Shown here: positions 16,655-26,937 of the stretch, one piece after another | How the letters are laid out: each line of letters begins with the position of its first letter | Position numbering within the stretch: the first letter of the stretch is position 1 | Origin: Acidobacteriota bacterium | Lineage (GTDB): Bacteria; Acidobacteriota; Thermoanaerobaculia; Multivoradales; Multivoraceae | Assembly (NCBI GenBank): GCA_011525365.1 | Contig: WTGQ01000002.1 | Span: 2,993,948-3,057,947 of the forward strand | Direction: 5' to 3' | Length of the DNA stretch: 64,000 nucleotides | Position numbers and translations under genes: made by a program | Notes under the pieces: generated by a model | Databases searched by the model: none | The model's input: only the letters and a program-made list of their open reading frames with translations | Told to the model about the DNA's origin: nothing

Positions 16655-17854
16655 ATGACGCAACGCCCGCTGCGATGGCTGTTCTTCTACGACTGCATCT
16701 ACCCGGAGTCGGTCGGCGGCGTCGAGCACCGGAACTACGAGCTGGCGCGGGAGCTGGGCCGGCTCGGCCACGACGTCGTGCTGTCGGGCTGGGCGAACGG
16801 TCCCGGCGCACCCCACCCCAACGTCCGCGTCGTACCGGTGGCCAGGGCGAGCCGGCGCTACGTGGCGCGCGGCCGCAGGTCCGGCATCGAAGCGCTGACG
16901 CTCGCCTCCCAGGTGCGCCGCATTCCGCTGGACGGCATCGACATCGTCGAGACCGCGAACATCCCCTACCTGCACCTGCCCCTGCTCGCCCGCCGCTGCC
17001 GGAAGCGGCGCATTCCGCTGCTCGTCACCTGGCACGAGCACTGGGGCCGCTACTGGCGAAAGCACCGGCCTCCAGGGCCGTTCAGTCCCGGCATGTGGCG
17101 CTTCTATGCCCTCTGCGAACATTGGTCGGCGCGCTTCGGCACCCAGGCGGTCGCGGTCAGCCGGCTCACCGCGGACCGTGTCTCCAACGTCCGCGGTGAA
17201 ACCGTCGATGTGATTCCGAACGGCATTCCGTTCGAGAGAATCCGCGCCCTCGCGGCGGAACTGGACACGACCGCACCGCCCCTGGTGTACGCCGGCCGGT
17301 TGATCCCGGAGAAACGGATCGACCTGCTGCTCGACGCCACGGCCAGACTGGCTGCCACTGAGACCGGCCGCCGGCTCGCCACGGAGCGCGGCGCCCTGCT
17401 CCGGATCATCGGTGGCGGCCCGGCGGAGGACGGACTCCGCGCACACATCGAGCGGGAGAATCTCTCATCTGTCGTCGACTTCGCCGGCCGGCTGCCGAAG
17501 AACGAGGACGTCTGGCGCGCGGTAGCCGGCGCCGCCATCGCGGTGCAGCCGTCGGCCAGAGAGGGGTTCGGTCTGTTTCCGCTCGAAGCGATGGCGGCCG
17601 GCGTGCCGGTGGTGCACTGCAGGTCCCCAAACAGCGCCGTGTCCGAGCTCGTCCGCGACGGCCGGGAAGGATGGGGCTCCTCCGCCAACGCGGCCGAACT
17701 GGCCCGACTGCTGGAACGGCTGCTCGCCGCACCCGCGGAAGTCGCCGCCGCCTCGCGCGCGGCCGCGGAGCGCGCGGCCGGCTACGACTGGCGGCAGGTT
17801 GCCGGCAAGGTCATCGACACCGGAACCGAACTGGTCCGGCGCGAGCGCGCCTGA
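16655..17854 (+). CDS. Glycosyltransferase family 4 (GT-B)
   Basis: YPESVGGVEHRNYELARELGRLGHDV N-terminal half and C-terminal E-x7-E-type region (PSAREGFGLFPLEAMAAGVPVV). Confidence 0.85.
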   Translation: MTQRPLRWLFFYDCIYPESVGGVEHRNYELARELGRLGHDVVLSGWANGPGAPHPNVRVVPVARASRRYVARGRRSGIEALTLASQVRRIPLDGIDIVETANIPYLHLPLLARRCRKRRIPLLVTWHEHWGRYWRKHRPPGPFSPGMWRFYALCEHWSARFGTQAVAVSRLTADRVSNVRGETVDVIPNGIPFERIRALAAELDTTAPPLVYAGRLIPEKRIDLLLDATARLAATETGRRLATERGALLRIIGGGPAEDGLRAHIERENLSSVVDFAGRLPKNEDVWRAVAGAAIAVQPSAREGFGLFPLEAMAAGVPVVHCRSPNSAVSELVRDGREGWGSSANAAELARLLERLLAAPAEVAAASRAAAERAAGYDWRQVAGKVIDTGTELVRRERA

Positions 17855-17907
17855 GAGGCCGAGCCGGAAGCTCGAACTGCTGTAGTGTCTGCGCCGTCGT
17901 GGGCACC

Positions 17908-18291
17908 GTGCTCCAGGTCGAAGTGTCGCCGGGCGAACTGATCGACAAGATCACGATCCTCGAGATCAAGGCCGAGCGGATCGCCGACCCGGGCAAGCTG
18001 GCCAACGTCCACCGGGAACTGCGGAGCCTGACCGCGACCCGCGAGGAAGCGCTGGACCCCTCGCCGGAACTCGACGGGTTCACCGCGGATCTGCGCCGGA
18101 TCAACGAGCGTCTCTGGGAGATCGAGGACGACATCCGCGACTGCGAGCGGAACGGCGACTTCGGCGAGCGCTTCATCGAGCTCGCGCGGGCGGTGTATCG
18201 CACGAATGACCGGCGCGCCGCGGCCAAGCGGAGCATCAACGAGCTGCTGGGCTCCGAACTGGTCGAAGAGAAGGACTACGCCGACTACTGA
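17908..18291 (+). CDS. Small DUF6165-like protein (commonly adjacent to glycosyltransferases)
   Basis: LQVEVSPGELIDKITILEIKAERI...NERLWEIEDDIRDCERNGDFGERFIELARAVYRTNDRRAAAKRSIN. GTG 17908 (or GTG 17899). The track start at 17671 overlaps the GT4 gene. The family name is from memory. Confidence 0.55.
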   Translation: MLQVEVSPGELIDKITILEIKAERIADPGKLANVHRELRSLTATREEALDPSPELDGFTADLRRINERLWEIEDDIRDCERNGDFGERFIELARAVYRTNDRRAAAKRSINELLGSELVEEKDYADY

Positions 18292-18334
18292 GGGCCGCAA
18301 ACTGGGTGCGCCGCCGTCCCCGCCGGCTATGTAG

Positions 18335-18356
18335 CCGCGGGTCTTCTGACCCGCGG
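18335..18356. terminator. 9-bp GC hairpin (CCGCGGGTC-TTCT-GACCCGCGG) in a convergent intergenic region; possible bidirectional terminator or repeat-family member
   Basis: Perfect stem seen directly. Lies between the DUF6165-like stop (18291) and the gloA stop (18395). No U-tract. The core is 17/18 identical to 50551-50568. Confidence 0.35.
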
Positions 18357-18394
18357 AGAGTCAGGTGCCAGCCGTCAGGCCGGCGTCCTTTCTC

Positions 18395-18835
18395 CTACCA
18401 GGTGCCCTCGTTCGGCATCGAGGCCCACGGCTCCGCGACCGGCAGGGAGCCGCCGGCCTGCAGGAGCTCGATCGAGATCCCGTCCGGCGACCGGATGAAC
18501 GCCATGCGGCCGTCCCGCGGCGGCCGGTTGATCGTCACTCCCTGCTCCTGGAGCGAGCGGCAGGTGGCGTAGATGTCCTCGACTTCGAAGGCGAGATGCC
18601 CGAAGTTGCGACCGCCGGTGTAGTCCTCCGGATCCCAGTTGTACGTCAACTCGAGCAACGGCGCGGTCCGCTCACGGGCGAGCTCCACATCCGCCGGTGC
18701 GGCCAGAAACACAAGCGTGAACCGGCCCTGCTCGCTGTCGAACCGGCGCAGTTCGACCATTCCCAGCTTGCCGCAGTAGAAGTCGAGCGCCTCCTCCAGG
18801 TTGCCGACCCGGACCATCGTGTGCAGGTACTTCAT
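18395..18835 (-). CDS. gloA: Lactoylglutathione lyase (glyoxalase I)
   Basis: [26 protein letters not shown]...LELTYNWD...[14 protein letters not shown]...[31 protein letters not shown] at 18835. Confidence 0.9.
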   Translation of the reverse strand: MKYLHTMVRVGNLEEALDFYCGKLGMVELRRFDSEQGRFTLVFLAAPADVELARERTAPLLELTYNWDPEDYTGGRNFGHLAFEVEDIYATCRSLQEQGVTINRPPRDGRMAFIRSPDGISIELLQAGGSLPVAEPWASMPNEGTW

Positions 18836-18903
18836 CCTTCGTCTTCCCCCTTCTCGACCGGCCTCGCAGCCGCCGCCGAATCGATCCGGTAGCTTACGCC
18901 TCA

Positions 18904-20058
18904 ATGCGCATCAGGGAGGTAGTGCATCGGGTGATCGACTCGCCGATCACCCAGGTCGGGCGGTGGAAGAGCAACGCCTCCCCGGACCTCCCCCTCCTCG
19001 ACGTCTCCCAGGCCGCGCCGACCTACCCGCCCGCCCAGGAACTGCGCGACCACATCGCCTCCCAGGCGCAGAGCCCGGCGACCGCGACCTACACCGACCA
19101 GCAGGGCGTCCCCGAACTGCGCGTGGCGCTGGCCCGTGCTCTGACCGTGGACTACGACGCCCCGGTCGCCGCCGAACACGTGGCCGTCACTGCCGGCTGC
19201 AACCAGGCCTTCTGCCTGGCGATGATGGCGTTGACCGAACCGGGCGACGAGATCCTGCTGCCCCTGCCCTCCTACTTCAACCACGACATGTGGCTGCGTT
19301 CCCAGGATGTAGAGCCGGTCTACCTGGAACCGGGCCCCGACATGACCCCGGACCCGGCAGAGGCCGCGGCCGCCATCACCGACAGGACGCGCGCCATCGT
19401 CCTGGTGACGCCGAACAACCCGACGGGCGCCGTCTACCCGCCGGCCCTCATCGAGAGCTTCTTCGAACTCGCGCGCGAACGCGGACTGGTGCTCGTGATC
19501 GACGAGACCTACCGCGAGTTCCGCGAGCACTCCGACCCGCCGCACACGCTCTTCTCGCGTTCCGACTGGAGCGACACCCTGATCCATCTCTACAGCTTCT
19601 CCAAGGCCTACTGCATGGCGGGCTACCGGATCGGCTGCATGGCCACCAACCCCGCCCTCCTGCGGGAAACGCTCAAGATCGCCGACTGCGTCGCCCTCTG
19701 CCCGTCCCACATCGGCCAGTTGGCGGCAACCTTCTGCCTCGAACACCTCGACGCCTGGAAACGCGAGTACCGCCGCACCGTCCGCGACCGCGTCGCCTAC
19801 GCCGCCCGCCGCCTCCGCGAAGCGAACACCGGCTTCGATGTCGTCTCCTCCGGCGGCTACTTCGTCTACCTCCGCCACCCCTTCACCGACCGCTCCTCCG
19901 TCGAAGTCGGCCGCAGCCTCGCCGAGGACCACGGCATCCTCTGCCTCGCCGGCTCCATGTTCGGCCCCGGCCAGGACCGCTACCTCCGCCTCGCCTTCGC
20001 CAACGTCGACCTGCCGGCGATCGACGAGTTGGTGGCGCGGCTGCGACGGGTTCGGTGA
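18904..20058 (+). CDS. Class I/II pyridoxal-phosphate-dependent aminotransferase
   Basis: [18 protein letters not shown], and PLP-lysine motif [15 protein letters not shown]. 384 aa. Confidence 0.85.
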   Translation: MRIREVVHRVIDSPITQVGRWKSNASPDLPLLDVSQAAPTYPPAQELRDHIASQAQSPATATYTDQQGVPELRVALARALTVDYDAPVAAEHVAVTAGCNQAFCLAMMALTEPGDEILLPLPSYFNHDMWLRSQDVEPVYLEPGPDMTPDPAEAAAAITDRTRAIVLVTPNNPTGAVYPPALIESFFELARERGLVLVIDETYREFREHSDPPHTLFSRSDWSDTLIHLYSFSKAYCMAGYRIGCMATNPALLRETLKIADCVALCPSHIGQLAATFCLEHLDAWKREYRRTVRDRVAYAARRLREANTGFDVVSSGGYFVYLRHPFTDRSSVEVGRSLAEDHGILCLAGSMFGPGQDRYLRLAFANVDLPAIDELVARLRRVR

Positions 20059-20140
20059 TGGCCGCCCCCCATCCACCCAACAAGCGTGAGCGTCCGATGG
20101 GAACCTCCCCTCCGGCTCCGCCGGCAGGCGGCCCGAACCG

Positions 20141-20809
20141 CTAGTCCGGCGCGCGGATCTCGAAGTCGACGGTCCCAGCCTCCGGGTCGGCTTCGATGAC
20201 GACGGAGCGGCCCTGGAACCAGGGGCCGGGGTTGACGAGGCGGGTTGAGCCGATCGTGTCTTCGCCTATCGCTTCGTGGATGTGGCCGGAGAAGACGAGG
20301 TCGGGCTGGTGGCGCTCGACGGCGGCGCGGAGCGACTTCGAGCCGACATGCTGGCCGCGGGCGAGGTCGCAGGCGGTGCCGTGGGGCGGCTGGTGGGAAA
20401 CGAGGATGGTGGGCCTTCCCTCGACCGCGGCGGCCTGCTCGAAGGCCTCGGCGGCTACTCGTTCGTAGTCCTCCTCGGTCCGTTCGTAGGGAAGCTCACC
20501 GAAGGGGAGACCGCCGGAGAGGCCGATGAAGCGAACGCCGTCGATCACGCGAGCGCGTCGGTCCAGGTCGATGTCGATCTCGCGGAAGTAGTCGTCCACC
20601 GGCGGCTGGTCGCAGTTGCCGCACACCGCGAGCACCGGCACGCCGGAGTCCCGGAGCGGTTCGACGATCCGGCGGGCATGGTCCGGCCCGAGGAAGTTGG
20701 TCAGGTCCCCGGCCAGGAGCACGAGGTCGAAGCCGGCCGGATCCGGCAGGCGCGGCGGCCTCTTGCCGGACCAGTGCATGTCGACGACGCCGAGGATCCG
20801 GAGAGTCAA
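20141..20809 (-). CDS. Calcineurin-like metallophosphoesterase
   Basis: Motifs ILGVVDMH (D-x-H), LLAGDLTN (G-D), CGNCD (G-N-x-D/H), GHIHEAIG (G-H-x-H). TTG start at 20809, with an in-frame stop 4 codons upstream. Confidence 0.8.
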   Translation of the reverse strand: MTLRILGVVDMHWSGKRPPRLPDPAGFDLVLLAGDLTNFLGPDHARRIVEPLRDSGVPVLAVCGNCDQPPVDDYFREIDIDLDRRARVIDGVRFIGLSGGLPFGELPYERTEEDYERVAAEAFEQAAAVEGRPTILVSHQPPHGTACDLARGQHVGSKSLRAAVERHQPDLVFSGHIHEAIGEDTIGSTRLVNPGPWFQGRSVVIEADPEAGTVDFEIRAPD

Positions 20810-20868
20810 AGTCGCAGTTCACTCCGCCGCCGAAGTAGGTCAACGACGCCGAGAATGCGCAGCGTCAA
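20806..20868 (-). other. 20-codon mini-ORF / 5' gene-fragment echo immediately upstream of the phosphoesterase gene
   Basis: TTG 20868...TGA 20808-20806 encodes (M)TLRILGVVDLLRRRSELRL. Its first 10 codons equal the first 10 residues of the downstream gene. Its stop overlaps the downstream TTG start (TTGA). Whether it is translated is unknown. Confidence 0.3.
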
Positions 20869-20904
20869 CTCAGCGCCCCCGGGCCGCCTGCGACCGCGCG
20901 ACCG

Positions 20905-21306
20905 TCAGTGAACCAGCGAAGGAGTGGCATGAGCCGACTCCTGGGGTTCGTCGTCCAGGCCGTGGGACATGACGAAGACCCACGCCGCCGTGCGCTCGCG
21001 CTCCGTCTCCGAGATCAACTCGAAGACGTACTCGTTCTCCTGCTCCCCCTGGAACGACTGGACGTAGGCGACCCGCTCGCGGTCGATCAGGATCTCTCCC
21101 ACCAGCCGCTTGCCGTAGACGAGCTGTGCGATCAGCAGGCTGTTCTCCTCCGCAACGAACTGCCAGTGGAAGTCCTCGTCGTCGCAGAGCAGCGCGTCGA
21201 CCGATCCGGCCCGGATGACGCAGTTTGGATGGAGGACGAGCCAGTTCCAGAACGCGTCGAGATCGAGCGTGGCCCGGGAACGCTCGACCGCGGTCGGGGC
21301 AGTCAT
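20905..21306 (-). CDS. Hypothetical acidic cytoplasmic protein (133 aa)
   Basis: Protein-like composition (DAFWNWLVLHPNCVIRAGSVDALLCDDEDFHWQFVAEENSLLIAQLVYGKRLVGEILIDRERVAYVQSF). I recognise no family. Confidence 0.5.
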   Translation of the reverse strand: MTAPTAVERSRATLDLDAFWNWLVLHPNCVIRAGSVDALLCDDEDFHWQFVAEENSLLIAQLVYGKRLVGEILIDRERVAYVQSFQGEQENEYVFELISETERERTAAWVFVMSHGLDDEPQESAHATPSLVH

Positions 21307-21352
21307 CGCGCAATCGTATCTACGCCGGAGGGGTTTTGGCTAAAGTGCGCCA

Positions 21353-22345
<993 letters not shown>

Positions 22346-22383
22346 AGCCAACCGGGAAACGACAACGAAGGGGAGAGGCAAGG

Positions 22384-23124
22384 ATGGATCTGGGAATCCA
22401 GGGAAAGAAGGCCGCCGTGGCCGCGGCATCGACGGGACTCGGCTTCGGCTGCGCCAAGGCGCTGCTCGAGGACGGCGCGGACGTCGCGATCTGCAGCCGC
22501 AGCGAGGAGCGAATCAGGGAAGCCGCTGGGACGCTGGGCGCCGGCGCCGTGCCGATCCTCGCCGACATGTCCACTGAGGAGGGCGCCCGTTCCTTCGTAG
22601 AGCAAGCCACCGAGAAGCTGGGGCAGGTCGACATCCTCGTCGCCAACGCGGGCGGTCCGCCGCCCGGATCGCCGGCCACCACTTCGATCGACGGCTACAG
22701 GCAGGCGCTCGACTTGAACCTGCTGTCGACGATCGTCATGTGCCAGGCGGCCCTCCCGGGCATGCGCGAGCGCGGCTGGGGCCGGATCGTGGCGATCACC
22801 TCGATCGGCGCCCGCCAGCCGATCGGCAATCTCGCCGCCTCCTCGGTAGCCCGCGCCGGCGTCAGCAGCTTCCTCAAGACGCTGTCCACGGAGGTCGCCC
22901 GGGACGGCGTCACGGTCAACTCGGCCCAACCCGGCATTCACGCCACCGACCGGATCAAGTCCCTGGGCAACACGGACGTCGTGGCGCAGCGCGTGCCGAC
23001 CGGCACCCTCGGAACCGCGGAGGATTTCGGCAAGGCGGTCGCCTTCCTCTGTTCGGAGCCGGCCAGGTTCATCACCGGCACGAGCATCCTGCTCGACGGC
23101 GGCGCCTACACGGGCCTTATCTGA
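22384..23124 (+). CDS. SDR family oxidoreductase
   Basis: KKAAVAAASTGLGFGCAKAL glycine-rich motif, NAGG, and a SSVARAG...K catalytic region. 246 aa. Confidence 0.9.
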   Translation: MDLGIQGKKAAVAAASTGLGFGCAKALLEDGADVAICSRSEERIREAAGTLGAGAVPILADMSTEEGARSFVEQATEKLGQVDILVANAGGPPPGSPATTSIDGYRQALDLNLLSTIVMCQAALPGMRERGWGRIVAITSIGARQPIGNLAASSVARAGVSSFLKTLSTEVARDGVTVNSAQPGIHATDRIKSLGNTDVVAQRVPTGTLGTAEDFGKAVAFLCSEPARFITGTSILLDGGAYTGLI

Positions 23125-24325
23125 GCGCGGGACGGGCGCGCACGAAGTCCCTCCCCGCCGCCCACAACGCCGCGCAGCCAAACCAGGACATGACCGCTGC
23201 CAGCACGTAGGCGTTCCGATAGCCGCCCGCCAGGTCGTGGGCCCATCCCAGCAGGAAGGGTCCCAAGGCGACGCCAATCGAAGCGAGCAACGTGCTCACC
23301 GAGTAGATCCGGGCGTAGCTCCTGGTGCCGAAAGCCTCGGCGATCAGGAGCGGCTGCATCATGAGGAAGCTGCCGATGGTGAGCCCGAAGGCGCTCGACG
23401 CGATCAGCAGGCCCGCCACGCTGGTGCTCGATCCCAGGACGACCAGCGTGAGTCCCTGGAAAACCAGCAGGACCAACGCGAACCCACGGTAGGGAATCCG
23501 CTCCAGCAACGTGCCGGAGGCCAGCCGTCCCACCACGCTCGAGGCGGCGAGCACCGAAACCGCGAGGCCCGCCACCCCTGGCTCGTGGACGCTGACCAGG
23601 CGAAACTGGTGGGCGATGGCGCCGACCTGCGCCATCAGCCCGAAGAAGAACGTGCCCGCGAGGCCCAGGAAGTAGCGCGAGCGGAACGCCTCCCGGGCGC
23701 CGACGCCCGGCTCCTCGGTGCCCTCGAACTCCCCCATTCGGTCCATGTCTCCTCGCGGCCGCGGAATCAGCCGCCACAGCGACACCGGCAGGATGCCCAC
23801 GACATACACGGCGGCCACGATCTCGCTGCCACGCTGCAGACCGTACTCACCCATCACCCAGGCGGCGAAGGGCGCGACCGCGATGCCGCCGACCGAGAGC
23901 CCAGTGAAGACCACAGACAGGGCAAGTGCCCGCCGGCGCGCGAACCACCTCGTGACGACCGTGCTCGCGGTCAGCATGTTCGTGGCCGAGAATCCGAAGC
24001 CGAAGAGGGCGAAGGCCAGGTAGACCTGCAGGATCGTCTCGACACGACCGATCAGGACCAGAGACGCGGCGCAGATCGCGACGCCGGCCGCGACCGACCA
24101 GCGGGCATCGATGCGCTCGATCACGCTGGCGACACCGAGCCCGGCGAAACCGCTCACGGCGAAGAAGATGGTCGGGGCAAGCGAGGCCGCGAAGACGGTC
24201 AGGCCGCGTTCACGCGTCAGCGCCTCGAGCAGCACCGACTGGTTGTAGAAGCCGAGGCCGGACGAGAACATCATCATCGCGAACAGCGCTCCGACGATCT
24301 GCCACCGGGTGGAGATGCGCGGCAT
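23117..24325 (-). CDS. MFS transporter
   Basis: About 12 hydrophobic spans, beginning MPRISTRWQIVGALFAMMMFSSGLGFYNQ. ATG 24325 overlaps the permease stop (TGATG). Confidence 0.85.
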   Translation of the reverse strand: MPRISTRWQIVGALFAMMMFSSGLGFYNQSVLLEALTRERGLTVFAASLAPTIFFAVSGFAGLGVASVIERIDARWSVAAGVAICAASLVLIGRVETILQVYLAFALFGFGFSATNMLTASTVVTRWFARRRALALSVVFTGLSVGGIAVAPFAAWVMGEYGLQRGSEIVAAVYVVGILPVSLWRLIPRPRGDMDRMGEFEGTEEPGVGAREAFRSRYFLGLAGTFFFGLMAQVGAIAHQFRLVSVHEPGVAGLAVSVLAASSVVGRLASGTLLERIPYRGFALVLLVFQGLTLVVLGSSTSVAGLLIASSAFGLTIGSFLMMQPLLIAEAFGTRSYARIYSVSTLLASIGVALGPFLLGWAHDLAGGYRNAYVLAAVMSWFGCAALWAAGRDFVRARPALR

Positions 24326-26937
24326 CAACGCGCCTCGCGCAGGGAGTCGATCGGAGGTCTCTGCAACGCGCCGACGCTGGCCAGGAGCCCCGTGGCGAGC
24401 GACAGCAGGCTGCCCGCGGCGAGCGCCCCGAACACCGCCCAGGGCCTGAACGACCAGGCCAGTTCGAGCTCTCGCGTGACCAGCCACCAAGCTGCCGCCG
24501 AACCGAGCACCGCCGCCACGACCGCCGCCGACAGGCCGACCAGGGCGTACTCGGCCGCGAAGGCGCGCAACACGTCGAAGCGAGTCGAGCCGATCGTCTT
24601 GAGCAGGGCCGCCTCACGGCCGCGTCGCGCCGAGCTCGCGGCGACCGCACCGGCCAGCGTCAGCAGGGCCGCGGCCACCGTGAAGCTGCCCAGAACCCGC
24701 ACGCCCACCTGAAGGTCGCCCACGAGGTCGACGACCTTCTGGAGCACTTCCCGGATCCGGACCACGGCGACACCGGGATAAGTGAGATGAATCTCGTCCT
24801 GGATCCGCTGTTCCCGCTCCGGCGGCAACCAGGCCGCCGCGAGCCGGGTGTGCGGCGCCCAGTCCAGCACGGCCGGTTCGACCACGAGGAAGAAGTTGAT
24901 GCCGAAACCCTCCCAGTCCACCCGTCGCAGGCTGGTCACGGTGATCGTGACCTCGCGGCCGCCCACATCCAGGTCGATCGTCGATCCGACCGTGACCCCG
25001 ATCGTCTCCGCGAAGTCCTGCTCGACACTGACCTCGCCGAGCGCGGGATCGACCCAGGGCCGCGGCACCGTCGCCGGCCCGGCAGCCCCCCTCTCCCAGG
25101 TCTCGAGGATCACGTTGTCCGCGGGCAGCTCATCGAGAAACGTCAACCGCAACTGCCGCCTCAGGGCCCAGCGGTTGCGCTCGTTCAGCCGCTCCGCCAC
25201 CGGGACTCCGTCGATTGCCCTGACACGGGCCATCACGACCGGCGCCGACTGCACCCTCCGGGCCCCCTGGCGCTCCAGAAGCCCGGCGAGATCACCCCAG
25301 CCCGTCGCCGGCACGTTCAGGAGGAACGCGCTCGGCGCCTCCTCCGGAAGCCCGGCGGCCAGCTCGTCGTGAAGATGCCCCTGGACAACGAACATGGCGA
25401 GCAACACCATCAGACCCATTCCCAGCGCGACCGAGGCCGCCAGCGTGCCCGATTCAGGCCGCGCCAGCGCCGCGACGCCGTACCGGAGCCAGGAGGAGCG
25501 GCACCTGGGCGCCAGGAACCGGGCCAGCCTCCGCAACGCCAGCGCCGCCAGGATCAGGGCGACGACTGCCGCGGCCACGGCGCCCATGAACCGGAGCGCC
25601 AGCCACAGCGACCCGGCCTGGAGTGCGGTCGAACCCGCCACGCCGGCAGCCACCGCGAACACGGAGAGAGCGCTCGCGAGCCGCGAACCGGGCAACGGTT
25701 CGGCGCCGCTGCGAAACACCCGCACCGGCGGCGCCCGCAGCACGACGAGCAGGGCCGGCGCCGAGAACGCGGTCGACACGCCGATGCCGAGTGCCACTCC
25801 CCGGACGAAGGCCCAGGGCTGCCAGATCGAGACCGCCTCGACGGGCAGCGCGCCGCCCAGGATTGCCGGCACGAGGAGGATCGAGAGCAAACCGGCCACG
25901 CCGCCGATCACCCCGGCCACCAGGCCCAGCAGGACCGCCTGGACGACGTACGTGCGCATCAGATCGCGCGGCCGGGCCCCCAGGCACTTGAGCACCGCCA
26001 GCGCGTCGAGGCGCTGCGTCAGCCAAGCGCGAATGCCCTGGGCCACGCCGACGCCGCCGACCAGGAGGGACAGCAACGCGACCAGCCCCAGGTAGCGCGA
26101 GAGCCGTTCCAGATCCTCGCGAATGCCGGGCTGGGCGTCCGCGTAGGTCTCGACCCGCACCGCCGCGCTTTCGTCGATCTCCTCGCGCAGGGCGTTCGCC
26201 CGGAGTTCGAGCTCCTCGAGCGAGTACTCCCCCGGCAGCCGGACCAGCACCCGGTAGCCGCCGAAGCCGGCGAACGGGAAGATCCGAGCCGCCTCCTGCG
26301 CAGCGACGCCCACGACGACCCGCGGCCCGAATGCGAAACCGGTGGGCAGCCGGTCCGGCTCCCCTTCCAGGGAACCGATGATCCGCAGCGTCCGCCCGCC
26401 GACACGCAGATCGTCGCCGACCTCCAGACCGAGCCGGGACAGCGCCTCCGGCGACACGAGCGCGGAGTGGTCGCCCAGGACGTCCGCCGGGCTCGCTCCC
26501 GCCGGTAGCGGTGGCTCCGTCACGAGTTCGCCATAGAACGGATAGCCGCCCGACACGGCCTTGAGTTCGGCCAGCAGACTCGACGGCCCTTCGCCGCCCA
26601 CCTCTGCCGGCGACGCTGCTCCAGGCGACGCTGCCAGGGGCGAGGCGCGGCCCACCATCGCCGCCATCTCGCGCACCTCGGCGCGAGCGGCCCCAGGGAC
26701 GCCATCGATCGTCTCCAGCACGTCTTCCGGAATCGGACCCCGCGAGCGAAAGACCAGATCCGCCGCCAGCAGCTTCCGGGCCTCCCCCCGAATCGCGCCG
26801 TCGACGCTCGAGGCGAGTCCAGCGACCGAGACGACGGCGCCGACTCCGACCGAGAGGCACGACACCCAGACCCAGACCCGTCCCAGGGAGCCCCGGAGCT
26901 CCCGCAGCGAGTACCTAAGCGCGACCCGCGGCCTCAC
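24325..26937 (-). CDS. FtsX/MacB-type ABC transporter permease (duplicated FtsX domains, YbbP-like)
   Basis: 870 aa with two FtsX-like 4-TM modules separated by large periplasmic domains. GTG 26937 overlaps the ATPase stop (GTGA). Confidence 0.9.
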   Translation of the reverse strand: MRPRVALRYSLRELRGSLGRVWVWVSCLSVGVGAVVSVAGLASSVDGAIRGEARKLLAADLVFRSRGPIPEDVLETIDGVPGAARAEVREMAAMVGRASPLAASPGAASPAEVGGEGPSSLLAELKAVSGGYPFYGELVTEPPLPAGASPADVLGDHSALVSPEALSRLGLEVGDDLRVGGRTLRIIGSLEGEPDRLPTGFAFGPRVVVGVAAQEAARIFPFAGFGGYRVLVRLPGEYSLEELELRANALREEIDESAAVRVETYADAQPGIREDLERLSRYLGLVALLSLLVGGVGVAQGIRAWLTQRLDALAVLKCLGARPRDLMRTYVVQAVLLGLVAGVIGGVAGLLSILLVPAILGGALPVEAVSIWQPWAFVRGVALGIGVSTAFSAPALLVVLRAPPVRVFRSGAEPLPGSRLASALSVFAVAAGVAGSTALQAGSLWLALRFMGAVAAAVVALILAALALRRLARFLAPRCRSSWLRYGVAALARPESGTLAASVALGMGLMVLLAMFVVQGHLHDELAAGLPEEAPSAFLLNVPATGWGDLAGLLERQGARRVQSAPVVMARVRAIDGVPVAERLNERNRWALRRQLRLTFLDELPADNVILETWERGAAGPATVPRPWVDPALGEVSVEQDFAETIGVTVGSTIDLDVGGREVTITVTSLRRVDWEGFGINFFLVVEPAVLDWAPHTRLAAAWLPPEREQRIQDEIHLTYPGVAVVRIREVLQKVVDLVGDLQVGVRVLGSFTVAAALLTLAGAVAASSARRGREAALLKTIGSTRFDVLRAFAAEYALVGLSAAVVAAVLGSAAAWWLVTRELELAWSFRPWAVFGALAAGSLLSLATGLLASVGALQRPPIDSLREAR

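Noticed and set aside
18361-18394. A third gene-terminus echo downstream of gloA (GGCACCTGA vs GGCACCTGGTAG)
   Set aside because: Only an 8-nt identity (CAGGTGCC) with no convincing peptide similarity beyond G-T, and an offset of 34 nt. This is consistent with chance in GC-rich sequence.
20810-20868. The 59-nt segments as integron attC sites (historically called 59-base elements)
   Set aside because: The segments show no imperfect-palindrome R''-L''/L'-R' organisation or GTTRRRY core, and there is no integrase nearby. The number is probably coincidental with respect to integrons.
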